Assembly (NCBI GenBank): GCA_965205015.1
Contig: OZ242029.1
Coordinates: 160,001-224,000 of the forward strand
Reading direction: 5' to 3'
Origin: Candidatus Poribacteria bacterium
Lineage (GTDB): Bacteria; Poribacteria; WGA-4E; WGA-3G
Length of the DNA: 64,000 bases
Numbering within the stretch: the stretch's first letter is position 1; every line of letters begins with the position of its first letter. This document shows, piece after piece, positions 37,413-46,736 of this stretch. The position numbers and the translations under genes were made by a program. Below the pieces are notes generated by a model. It saw only the letters and a list, made by a program, of their open reading frames with translations. It searched no databases and had not been told where the DNA came from.

Positions 37413-37525
37413 GAGCCATCTCCTGAATCCAGTTTAGATTGGTGATTTAGGGTATATATAGTTTTCGGATCTCGCGCTAAGATGTATTATACGCTGATGC
37501 CAAAAGAGTGCAAGTCAAAAATATC

Positions 37526-37590
37526 TTTTTAATTTTTCTTGCGGTTCGGTTAGACAGATCTGTGTCTGAGTGTACCTTTACGTATATCCG
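37526..37590 (-). repeat. Family A dispersed element, partial copy
   Basis: Reverse complement CGGATATACGTAAAGGTAC...CACAGATCT...CCGAACCGCAAGAAAAATTAAAAA aligns with 18011-18077. Confidence 0.6.
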
Positions 37591-37629
37591 CTTTCTATTT
37601 CGTTCCAAGCTACGCGCCTGGGGCTAATT

Positions 37630-38640
37630 TTAAGAACCGCTCATCTCCAGTAACGCTCGCCACTGTGCTTCGTCCACGAGTACCCCCTTTTCAAGGCTCT
37701 CCTGTCGCGTCCGTAACATGCCTTCCCCAGGATACCTCACACGCTCGTTTTTATTTAAGGGTTCCGACGCGCGGAAGTCGTCAATAATCGCTGCGACCGT
37801 TTCATTCAACATCGCCTGTCCCATCATTCCTGTGGCGTTAATAGCGATATACACCTGAGAGACAGCGTATTCCGAACCCTGCTTTCCTATTTCGTGTGTC
37901 GCTTGACCACCCGAAATAACGGATGCCATTGTGTCAAGCACCAGTGCCAAGCCTGACCCTTTCCAGTAACCGATGGGAAGTGCTCTCGCGGAATCAAGAA
38001 TCTCTCCCGGTTCGATCGTCAACGCTCCTTTAGTGTCGTATCCACCCGGTAACGGTAATTGTTTCCCTTGTAGTTGCAGCACCTCCAATTTCCCGTTTGA
38101 ATACTGACTCATCGCCATATCCAGCAGAATGTGTCCGCCTGCCCTCGGAATGCCAATCGCCATCGGATTGTTCCCTATCTTTTTTTCCGCTGAACCCCAC
38201 GGCGGCATGAGTCGGGTTGTATTCGTCCAACATATCCCGATATATCCAGCTTCCGCGGCTTGGAGGGCATAGGCACCGCCACGCATCCAGTGATTGGTAT
38301 TTGAAAGTCCAACACACCCTATGCCATGGGTATCGGCGAGTTCTGTTGCCCGTTGCATACAGAAGTGAGCGTTGACGAGTCCCACCCCCATCTTGCCATC
38401 CCATCGTTCTAAGGCACCGAAACCTTCAACTTTTTCTGGCTGTGCACGGAAATTGATCTGTTTGTTCTCCAGCCCAGCCACGAATCCGGGGAAGCGATTG
38501 AGTCCGTGTGAGTACACGCCATCACGCTGATTCTCCGCGAACAATCTCGCACACAGCATCCCTCGCTCGCCGTCAAACCCAATTGCTGCGAGTACACGAT
38601 AAAATTCATCACATAAAGTTTGGAAAGGTACACGTTCCAT
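37630..38640 (-). CDS. yiaK: 3-dehydro-L-gulonate 2-dehydrogenase (2,3-diketo-L-gulonate reductase)
   Basis: DGVYSHGLNRF, NTNHWMRGG, ICWTN, LDMAMSQ, PIGYWKGSGL. Confidence 0.9.
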   Translation of the reverse strand: MERVPFQTLCDEFYRVLAAIGFDGERGMLCARLFAENQRDGVYSHGLNRFPGFVAGLENKQINFRAQPEKVEGFGALERWDGKMGVGLVNAHFCMQRATELADTHGIGCVGLSNTNHWMRGGAYALQAAEAGYIGICWTNTTRLMPPWGSAEKKIGNNPMAIGIPRAGGHILLDMAMSQYSNGKLEVLQLQGKQLPLPGGYDTKGALTIEPGEILDSARALPIGYWKGSGLALVLDTMASVISGGQATHEIGKQGSEYAVSQVYIAINATGMMGQAMLNETVAAIIDDFRASEPLNKNERVRYPGEGMLRTRQESLEKGVLVDEAQWRALLEMSGS

Positions 38641-38692
38641 ACAATTTCGTCCTCATTGATTTATTGAACACCATTATGCCTGAGGTCTAAGA

Positions 38693-38797
38693 AAAAAGCA
38701 AGTCTGAACTATGATTATTATGATTGAGTGATTGACTATGACTATCGGAGGTTTTATCATCACGATGATCACATAAATCAAAAAAAATCCTGATCAG
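38693..38797. repeat. Family C intergenic repeat
   Basis: AAGTCTGAACTATGAT..TATGAT followed by ATCA units; start shared with 55360. Confidence 0.55.
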
Positions 38798-38904
38798 ATT
38801 TGATCTTGCCTGAAAGCGTTTTACAATGTATCATAGATACCCACAGTCGCGATTTTTAAAGCATCCCATATCTTCTCTCAACGTCCTACAAAAAGGAGAA
38901 AGAA

Positions 38905-41265
38905 GTGGTATCCTCAAATAGTTTGTTCACAGCTTTCAACTGTATACTTACTGGATGGCTTCTACTTGCTTTTGGAAACGCTTTGGCAGATCCCGAGGAA
39001 GAACCGCTGAAGATGAAACCGATCGAGGTGATCGGCGTGACACCGCTCCACGGTGTAGGGCTTCCGAAAAATAAGGTGCCTGCCAATATCCAAACGGCGA
39101 CTCACACCGAAATTGATGCCGCTCAGAGCTTAAACCTCACCGAGTTCATTAACCTTAATCTCGGTAGCGTTCATGTCAACGAGGCGCAAAACAATCCTTT
39201 CCAACCCGATATTCGCTTTCGAGGGTTCACGGCTTCCCCGTTACTCGGACTGCCTCAGGGATTAGCCACCTATCAGGACGGCATCCGTATTAACGAACTG
39301 TTTGGGGACACAGTGAACTGGGATGTCATTCCGCAATCCGCAATTGCCAGCATCAACCTGATGCCCGGCTCGAATCCGCTTTTCGGCTTGAATACGCTCG
39401 GGGGTGCCCTCTCACTGAAGACCAAGACAGGCTTTACACACCCCGGTCACGACCTAAAACTCTACGGTGGTTCCTTCGTCCGCAGAGCGATTGCGTTTTC
39501 CAGCGGAGGGCACAATCAGAGATTGAGTTATTTCCTCAGCGGCACTCTCTTTACGGAAGACGGTTGGCGCGATTTTTCGCCTTCCGATGTCAGGCAGCTG
39601 TTTGGCAACGTCGGTTGGGAACAAGACGCTACCACATTGAACCTAAGCCTGACTTTGGCAGATAATGAACTCTTGGGCAACGGCGCGCTACCGATTCAAC
39701 TCCTTGAGACAGAACGGAGCGCAGTGTTCACACACCCCGACAGGACCGAGAACAACATGCTCCTTGCCAACTTGCGCAGCAGCCATGCTTTATCTGATAA
39801 CGCGATGTTGGCGAGTACAGTCTACTATCGACGCAACAATATTGAAACATTCAATGGAGACGATACCGACTTCGAACCGTGTGAAGATCCTGAAAACGCA
39901 GGTTTCCTCTGCGTTGAGGAAGGCTCAGAAGAGAAACGGGTGAGGGACCAGTTTGGAAATGATGTCCGTCTCACTGAGAATAGTTATGACAACGATGAGG
40001 AAGCGAACGAAACCGATGACGACGATGAAGGAGAATTTAACGCCACAAATAATACGAGCCAAACACGCCAAGGCGGCTACGGGGCAACTCTACAGGCAAC
40101 CTTCACCAATCCCCTCATCAACCGTGAAAATCAGTTGATCGTCGGGGCAAGTTTAGACCGTGGTGGCGCGTTGTTTAACGCTGAGACGGAACTGGCGGGT
40201 CTAACACCCGATCGCGGCACAATCGGCAGCGGCATTTTTGATGGAGAATCCTTCGTGGATGTTGAGGCTGCGGTTCAGAATATAGGCATCTATGCGACAA
40301 ACACCTTTGCCATCACGCCGCAGTTGGGCCTCACGTTGTCAGGACGCTACAACAGAACTGAGATTGCATTACGCGACCAAATTGGTGTAGAACTCAATGG
40401 GGATCATACCTTTAACCGGTTTAACCCGGCAGCAGGCTTGACCTATCAGGTCTACACGGGACTTTCACTCTATGGCAATTATAGTGAGTCTTCACGGGTA
40501 CCAACGCCTGTGGAATTGACGTGCGCCGATCCTGAAGCACCCTGCAAATTACCGAATGCATTCGTCGCCGATCCGCCATTGGATCAAGTCGTAACAAAGA
40601 CCTTCGAGATGGGATTGCGGGGTGAGTTAAGTGACATCAGCTGGAATGCTGACCTCTTTCAAGGAACGAGTTTTGACGACCTCATCTTCGTTAGCAGTGG
40701 TGCACTCACCAATGAAGGCTACTTTCAGAACGTCGCTCAGACGCTCCGCCAAGGCGTTGAACTCAGCATCGGTGGAACGCTCTTTAACCGACTGCACGGG
40801 CTGCTCAATTATACCTTCATTTCAGCGACTTTCGAGACCGATCTAACAGTTAGCAGTCCAAACCATCCAGAAGCGAAGGGGGGAGAGATTGACGTGGAGG
40901 AAGGCGACCGCATTCCCGGTGTCCCACACCATACTCTCAAAGCAGACTTCACGTATGTCGTAACCGACGCCCTGTCCTTGGGAACGAATATCCTCATCAA
41001 TTCCAGCCAAGTCTTCCGAGGAGACGAGGGTAATTTGATTGACCAGATCCCAGGCTACAGTATCGTTAACTTACGCGCCAGATATACAGTATGGACGCAT
41101 TTCTCTATCTTTGCTAAGGTAAACAACCTTTTCAATGAAACGTATGAAACCTTTGGACTGTTTGGGGAAGCGGACGAAGTGTTAGGAGATGATTTCGAGG
41201 ACTCACGTTTCCTTTCTCCGGGCGCCCCCCGTGCCGCATGGATCGGACTCGAAGCAAACTTTTAA
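38905..41265 (+). CDS. TonB-dependent outer-membrane receptor
   Basis: IEVIG TonB-box-like segment; plug IRFRGF...DGIRIN; VNNLFNETY; terminal F. Confidence 0.9.
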   Translation: MVSSNSLFTAFNCILTGWLLLAFGNALADPEEEPLKMKPIEVIGVTPLHGVGLPKNKVPANIQTATHTEIDAAQSLNLTEFINLNLGSVHVNEAQNNPFQPDIRFRGFTASPLLGLPQGLATYQDGIRINELFGDTVNWDVIPQSAIASINLMPGSNPLFGLNTLGGALSLKTKTGFTHPGHDLKLYGGSFVRRAIAFSSGGHNQRLSYFLSGTLFTEDGWRDFSPSDVRQLFGNVGWEQDATTLNLSLTLADNELLGNGALPIQLLETERSAVFTHPDRTENNMLLANLRSSHALSDNAMLASTVYYRRNNIETFNGDDTDFEPCEDPENAGFLCVEEGSEEKRVRDQFGNDVRLTENSYDNDEEANETDDDDEGEFNATNNTSQTRQGGYGATLQATFTNPLINRENQLIVGASLDRGGALFNAETELAGLTPDRGTIGSGIFDGESFVDVEAAVQNIGIYATNTFAITPQLGLTLSGRYNRTEIALRDQIGVELNGDHTFNRFNPAAGLTYQVYTGLSLYGNYSESSRVPTPVELTCADPEAPCKLPNAFVADPPLDQVVTKTFEMGLRGELSDISWNADLFQGTSFDDLIFVSSGALTNEGYFQNVAQTLRQGVELSIGGTLFNRLHGLLNYTFISATFETDLTVSSPNHPEAKGGEIDVEEGDRIPGVPHHTLKADFTYVVTDALSLGTNILINSSQVFRGDEGNLIDQIPGYSIVNLRARYTVWTHFSIFAKVNNLFNETYETFGLFGEADEVLGDDFEDSRFLSPGAPRAAWIGLEANF

Positions 41266-41290
41266 ACTTCGGGCACCTCGCGCCTGATCC

Positions 41291-42148
41291 TTACCACATC
41301 TCAAGCCATTTTGTAACAGGGGTTACAGGTTGCGTCTCGCTACGGATAACCCACTTGAAATCGGGATCCTGCCAATAAATTGTGCCCGGATGATCCCCAT
41401 CACGAAGATAACGGATGTCAATCGCCCAGCGGATGATCTCATTGGTGGTATGCGGTAAGGAGCGGTGGAGCGTCAGATTGTGGAAGACTAAGGCGTCCCC
41501 TAATTCCATCGGACACGTCACGACCCGAGAATCCTCAATAAGTTCGTCTATCACCTCAAGAAACTTCCCCTCCCGTTCCTCCGTGTGATGATTCACCACG
41601 CCCAACCGATGTGAGCCTGCAACCACTTGTAAACAGCCGTTGGTCTCATCTACCGGCACCAGCGGTATCCAGGCAGTCGGGATGAGCGAAGTTTCACTCA
41701 CCGTACCGAAATAACCGCTGTCCTGATGCCACGGGACAACAGTCAATTGCTGACCCGGCAGTTTCGGACGCGCATTGAAAACGGGGTGTCCGATGACATC
41801 TGTGCCCGTGAGTTGACCGATCACATCCACGAGGCGCGGGGCATGGTGCAGCTCGAAGACCTCAGGTGTCGCAACTTGGTTGCGCCAAGAACGACCAAAT
41901 CGGTTGGCATGTTCACCCGCGACTTGTGCGAATCGCGTCTCAAACGGGAGTTCCACCCCTTCATCTTCGATAATCCCATCCACTTTCAACTCGCGAATGA
42001 TGCCGTCTACCACGCGAGCGAAACTCTCACACACGCCATTGATGGCAGACTCCGGGACAACGCCTTTTAAGAGCAAATATCCATCGTTTGCCCACTGATC
42101 CATCTGTTCAGGTGATAACGGAGTCGCTTGTTTCTGATCTGTTTTCAT
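41291..42148 (-). CDS. PhyH family dioxygenase
   Basis: PWHQD, NGCLQVVAGSH, GDALVFH...HRS. Confidence 0.9.
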   Translation of the reverse strand: MKTDQKQATPLSPEQMDQWANDGYLLLKGVVPESAINGVCESFARVVDGIIRELKVDGIIEDEGVELPFETRFAQVAGEHANRFGRSWRNQVATPEVFELHHAPRLVDVIGQLTGTDVIGHPVFNARPKLPGQQLTVVPWHQDSGYFGTVSETSLIPTAWIPLVPVDETNGCLQVVAGSHRLGVVNHHTEEREGKFLEVIDELIEDSRVVTCPMELGDALVFHNLTLHRSLPHTTNEIIRWAIDIRYLRDGDHPGTIYWQDPDFKWVIRSETQPVTPVTKWLEMW

Positions 42149-42334
42149 TTTCTACTCGATTCCAAAGTTTAAACAATTTTGAGAATTAAGATGACATAGA
42201 GAAAAAAAAGATTGTGGGAATCATAACATACCTGACGAAAAAAGTCAAAAAAACGGAACGAGAGTAGGTTGGCTGAACATTTGAAACCCAACAAGTAACT
42301 GACAACTGACAACCGATCGCCGATAACGAAAAAA

Positions 42335-42363
42335 TTGACATTTCGATCCGAAAATGCTATCCT
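42335..42363 (+). promoter_or_regulatory. Sigma70-like promoter
   Basis: TTGACA-N17-TATCCT with extended TG. Confidence 0.55.
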
Positions 42364-42385
42364 ACACATCAAAGGAGGACGCAGA

Positions 42386-43759
42386 ATGGCAACTTTAACA
42401 CAGACCGAGAACCAAATCAGACCGCTGTATATTGACGGATACACACACCAACTCAGTTATGTTCCCGGCGAAGAAATCGCGTTCCACATCTCAACGAGTG
42501 CAGAAAATTATTCGCTTGAGATCGCTCGTATCGGGGCGACGCGCGAGGTCGTCTGGCGTCAAGCAGAACTCCCCGGTGAAGCACAACCCATCCCCGCAGA
42601 TGCGTCATCGCAGGGATGCGGATGGTCTCCCATCTTTACGCTCGAAGTCCCCGAAACGTGGCAGAGCGGCTATTATGAAGGCACACTCCGTGCAACCGAT
42701 GGTGGGGGTGGCCACGTTTATAGGAATCAGCGCACGGCTGAAAGCACGCTCTTCTTTATTGTCCGTCCTGCGAAACCGGGAGCAAATACACCTATCCTGC
42801 TCCAACTCTCTACGAACACCTATAACGCATACAACAACTGGGGAGGCTTCAGCCTCTACGGGTATCACGGAGCAAGCAAGATACAGGGAAACCGCGTCTC
42901 GTTCGATCGACCTACGCGCGGTATCTGCAGTAACTGGGAATTGCCTTTTATCGTCTGGGCAGAGCAGAACGGATATACACTCGACTACGCCGCGAACTCC
43001 GACTTGGAATTCCACCCTGAAATATTAGAACATTACAAACTCGTCTTGAGTGTTGGGCACGATGAATACTGGTCTGCCCCGATGCGCGATAACCTTGAGG
43101 CATTCATCGCCAACGGCGGAAATGCCGCCTTCTTCAGCGGGAATTCCGTCTGCTGGCAGGTCCGCTCCGAAGATGACGGCAGAGCCCTCGTCTGCTGGAA
43201 GCAAACCTATAACCAAGATCCAGTTTTCAAGACTGATGATTACAGTACCCTCAGCACACTCTGGAGCCACTATCTCGTAGATCGTCCTGAGAACCAGTTG
43301 ACCGGCGTAGGCTTCCTTCAAGGCGGTTATCACCTGAGTCACGGTCAATTTATGGACGGTCCAGGGGAATACACCGTCCATCGTCCAGAACACTGGATAT
43401 TTGAAGGCACAAACCTCTCGCGAGATGATACCTTCGGCGGCGAAAACACCATTGTCGGTTACGAATGCGACGGATGCGAGTGGACCCTCGTAGACGGTTT
43501 GCCGGTCCCGACCTATCAAGACGGCACACCTGAGGGCTTCACGATCCTCGCGACGGCTCCCGTCCGCTGGCATCCCGACGACTGCGAATGGTATGAACGC
43601 TGGGAAAGAGGGAGAACCGGTGCCGCAACGATGGGCATCTATACGAAAGACGGGACCGTTTTCACTGCCGCTACAACCGACTGGTCACACGGCTTGGCGG
43701 GTGGCGACGCGGTGGTTGAACGCATTACGCACAACGTCCTGCGGCGGCTCACAGGATAA
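42386..43759 (+). CDS. N,N-dimethylformamidase large-subunit-like protein
   Basis: TYNAYNNWGG, VSFDRP, GHDEYWS, FFSGN, VGYECD; AGGAGG SD. Confidence 0.8.
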   Translation: MATLTQTENQIRPLYIDGYTHQLSYVPGEEIAFHISTSAENYSLEIARIGATREVVWRQAELPGEAQPIPADASSQGCGWSPIFTLEVPETWQSGYYEGTLRATDGGGGHVYRNQRTAESTLFFIVRPAKPGANTPILLQLSTNTYNAYNNWGGFSLYGYHGASKIQGNRVSFDRPTRGICSNWELPFIVWAEQNGYTLDYAANSDLEFHPEILEHYKLVLSVGHDEYWSAPMRDNLEAFIANGGNAAFFSGNSVCWQVRSEDDGRALVCWKQTYNQDPVFKTDDYSTLSTLWSHYLVDRPENQLTGVGFLQGGYHLSHGQFMDGPGEYTVHRPEHWIFEGTNLSRDDTFGGENTIVGYECDGCEWTLVDGLPVPTYQDGTPEGFTILATAPVRWHPDDCEWYERWERGRTGAATMGIYTKDGTVFTAATTDWSHGLAGGDAVVERITHNVLRRLTG

Positions 43760-43770
43760 GTACGCGTTAT

Positions 43771-45290
43771 CAAAACCTCCGAGTCTAAAACCCCCTGCTT
43801 CAGCTGGGGGATACAGACTCGCTTTTGTGGACAGGGCCACGGGGTTATCTGTGAAAATTAATGTGCTTTTGCAGGCAAATCGTGGTATAATGAAAGTATC
43901 GTATGAGGACCGGCATTATCAGCGTTACGGACTTGGGAGCGTGTCGGTTCCACCCACTGAGAAGGGGTAAAAGATGCGATATGCGAGAATCCAGCAATGC
44001 CGAAGTTTCACCGCACCGATATCCTGAAAATAGAACCTCAACCGATATATGCTGAGATCAATGAGGCGTCGGGGTCTGTATGGAACGAGTGTCTCTCTCA
44101 AATGTCAATGTATCAGTGGCACCGTGGGTATCCTCACGCGTGGGACTTTTTCTACTTTGGTCCGGAGTGTGAAGGCTGGATTGATAAAAGGCTTACCAAA
44201 TCCCAACCTTTGCATTCACAAAGTATTCAAGCTGTTCGTGAACGTTACTTTAAATCTTGGGAGTCCTATCGTATTCTGAAAAAGGGTAACCCAACTGCGA
44301 GACCTCCACGGAAGCCGAAACGCTTTTTGACGACCCGTTGGAAAAAATCAGCGATTCGCTTTCAAGACGGCTGCGTCTCTCTGTCAATGGGACTGGGTAG
44401 AGATCGCCTCTGTATCCCTTTGCCTTCCAACTTCAATATGTCCAAAACGGAGCAGATTGCGACGATTGATTTGGTCTACACCTTCGGTCAATGGGAACTC
44501 CATTTCTCCTATAGATACGAGTTGGAAAAGACCGAAACAGGTAAAGGGGTTGTCGGCGTTGATATTGGTGAAATACACCCGATTGTGAGTCATGACGGAA
44601 CAGACACACGGATTTTCAATGGACGGTATATCCGCTCGCTCTATCGCCATAGAAACAAAGTGATTGCCGAGTTCAGTCAAGCCATCAGCCGGTGTAAACG
44701 CCATTCGAAACGCTGGTGGAAACTCACGCGTCGGAAGTGGAAACGTATCAAAAAGATTGACAATCAGCTTAAAGATGCGTTGCATCAACATACCTGTAAG
44801 TTTCTAAAGTATTGCAACCTCAAAGGCATCGGCACGATTGTGCTTGGCGACCTCACCGGTATCCGTCATCGCATTCACTACGGAAAACGTGCCAACCAGA
44901 AACTTCACCAGTGGGCTTTTGGTAAAATCACAGCGTTGCTAACCTACAAAGCGAAGGTGTTTGGTATCAAGGTTGTGCAGATTGACGAGGCCTACACCTC
45001 ACAAACTTGCCCAAGCTGTGGCAATCGGAAGAAACCTACAAATCGGACCTATACCTGCCCCTGCGGGTTCAAATACCATCGCGACGGTGTAGGTGCTATC
45101 AATATCAGAGCAAAGTATCTGGGACACTTTGGTGTCCCCGTAGTGGCGGACATGGACCTGCGAACCATGAAGATGACACCGCCCTTGGGCTTTCGACTGA
45201 AAGTCCCTGTTGCCTCGTCTTAGACGCGAGGAATGTTCCTACAAGGAACAAAAGAACCCCTGGTTTCCTTTAGGCTTGGGAGTATGTCAG
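43771..45290 (+). mobile_element. IS200/IS605-family tnpB-only (IS1341-like) element
   Basis: TTAT|CAAAA left end with hairpin CGAGTCT-AAAA-CCCCC...GGGGG...AGACTCG; right end GAAC-CCC...GGGAGTATGTCAG; no room for tnpA. Confidence 0.8.
43997..45223 (+). CDS. tnpB: RNA-guided endonuclease TnpB with rearranged RuvC-II
   Basis: GVDIG, IVLGDL, DEAYTSQTCPSC...CPC, HRDGVGAINI. Confidence 0.9.
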   Translation: MPKFHRTDILKIEPQPIYAEINEASGSVWNECLSQMSMYQWHRGYPHAWDFFYFGPECEGWIDKRLTKSQPLHSQSIQAVRERYFKSWESYRILKKGNPTARPPRKPKRFLTTRWKKSAIRFQDGCVSLSMGLGRDRLCIPLPSNFNMSKTEQIATIDLVYTFGQWELHFSYRYELEKTETGKGVVGVDIGEIHPIVSHDGTDTRIFNGRYIRSLYRHRNKVIAEFSQAISRCKRHSKRWWKLTRRKWKRIKKIDNQLKDALHQHTCKFLKYCNLKGIGTIVLGDLTGIRHRIHYGKRANQKLHQWAFGKITALLTYKAKVFGIKVVQIDEAYTSQTCPSCGNRKKPTNRTYTCPCGFKYHRDGVGAINIRAKYLGHFGVPVVADMDLRTMKMTPPLGFRLKVPVASS

Positions 45291-45310
45291 ATCTCTTTAC
45301 GCTGAAATGA
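45150..45310 (+). ncRNA. Predicted TnpB omega/reRNA, boundaries approximate
   Basis: Inferred from known TnpB biology: scaffold overlaps the tnpB 3' end and right end, guide is the flanking DNA. Confidence 0.5.
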
Positions 45311-46735
45311 GACGTGTGCTGCTGCAAATAACACCATGAAAAAGAGCAATAGCAGCATCACGTTCAGAATCGCGCCCTTGAAGGCATCCTCTAAACGCAC
45401 CCGGTCCTGAAATTTAGGCATACTTTCAAAGGGAACGGGCTTATCAGACATGCCTTCTCTAACAAAAGGGATGTGTAGACTGTCTGGATCCGCGCGATCG
45501 GCAGAGATGAGGAAATCATTGAATTCATCGGCATAACGCTCGGCGTTCTTCAAGAAATCCAAATGTCTTTGGAATCCTGTTCCAGCAAGGGATTCGATGG
45601 CATGTTGTGTGACCGCAGTGGGTGAGATCCGATTCACTTCCCTGGCAATCCGAATTTGATTGATTTGGGCACGCAAGAACATTTTATTTAAGCGTTTTCC
45701 CTCTTGAAGTTCTTCATTGAGAAATTCCGCCCACAGCAGTGTTGCTGGTGTTGGTGGATGTTGGCGGGTTGGGGCTTCTTCCTCTAATCCGCGTGCCTTG
45801 TAGCGTTCATAGAGTCCACTACGCGTGAAATGTATAGGGCTCGGTCCCTTCCGGATTGATGGCAAGTTCAGCCCGCTCATAATTGTTCCAAGCATTGACG
45901 GTACGAGGATAACCCAAATTACCCATATGAGCAGCAGAATGACGAGGCTTGTTGAAGGGGTGTTAAGAAGTGTTGAGATGAAAAGTCCTAAGGCGATAAA
46001 GACAGAGATATATATCAAACCTACGACGAAAATACCACCGATTCTGTACCATTCTTGGGTGTCTAATTGCAGGTTTCCAGAGAGATAGAGCAGTAGGAGA
46101 TTCATCAATACCCCGCTCATGAAAACAGCACCGAGGCTAAACAGATTGCTTAGGAATTTCCCAGTGAGCAGCGTTTGACGCGCAACGGAATTTGACAAGG
46201 TCAACCGGAGAGTTCCTTGTGCCATTTCACCAGCAACCGCGTCGAAGGTAAAAATTAGTGCAAGGAAGCTGAGAATGTTTGCAATGATAAGCGTCCAGTC
46301 GATCCTTAAGAAGATTGGAAAGATGTCGGCTGCCCGGATTGGCGGAAAACTGGTATACTTCAATCTCCAGATACCCGAAAAAGGATAGTTTTTCCCATCT
46401 ATAACGGGACTCATACCATAGCCCGCACTCCATCCCAATACAGACGCTGGTAGATTATTTTCACTACCGTGTGCACAGAAAGAGAGTGCGGAGGGTGTCT
46501 TGTAAAGCACGCCCGGCCCGCGGATGACGAGGTTGTAGAACTGACGGCTATCGCGTTCCAGTGCTGTCAAAGCCTTTGAGACGTTTCGCCGATATTCTGT
46601 TTGCTGTATTTTAGACGCGCCTATATGCCCCAAGGCGTTGACGATCATCAAAAAAACAGTCAGTAGCATCGCGAGTGCGAAACGGAGACTGCTGATCTGC
46701 TCAAATAATTCGCGTTTGATAATATACCACAGCAT
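45287..46735 (-). CDS. ABC-2-type transporter permease
   Basis: IIKREL, FDAVAGEMAQGTLRLTLSN, GKF; start reset to MLWYII. Confidence 0.8.
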   Translation of the reverse strand: MLWYIIKRELFEQISSLRFALAMLLTVFLMIVNALGHIGASKIQQTEYRRNVSKALTALERDSRQFYNLVIRGPGVLYKTPSALSFCAHGSENNLPASVLGWSAGYGMSPVIDGKNYPFSGIWRLKYTSFPPIRAADIFPIFLRIDWTLIIANILSFLALIFTFDAVAGEMAQGTLRLTLSNSVARQTLLTGKFLSNLFSLGAVFMSGVLMNLLLLYLSGNLQLDTQEWYRIGGIFVVGLIYISVFIALGLFISTLLNTPSTSLVILLLIWVIWVILVPSMLGTIMSGLNLPSIRKGPSPIHFTRSGLYERYKARGLEEEAPTRQHPPTPATLLWAEFLNEELQEGKRLNKMFLRAQINQIRIAREVNRISPTAVTQHAIESLAGTGFQRHLDFLKNAERYADEFNDFLISADRADPDSLHIPFVREGMSDKPVPFESMPKFQDRVRLEDAFKGAILNVMLLLLFFMVLFAAAHVSFQRKEI

Positions 46736-46736
46736 G

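Noticed and set aside
43822-43996. Possible tnpA between the left end and tnpB
   Set aside because: Only about 175 nt and no HUH/Y1 motif recognised.
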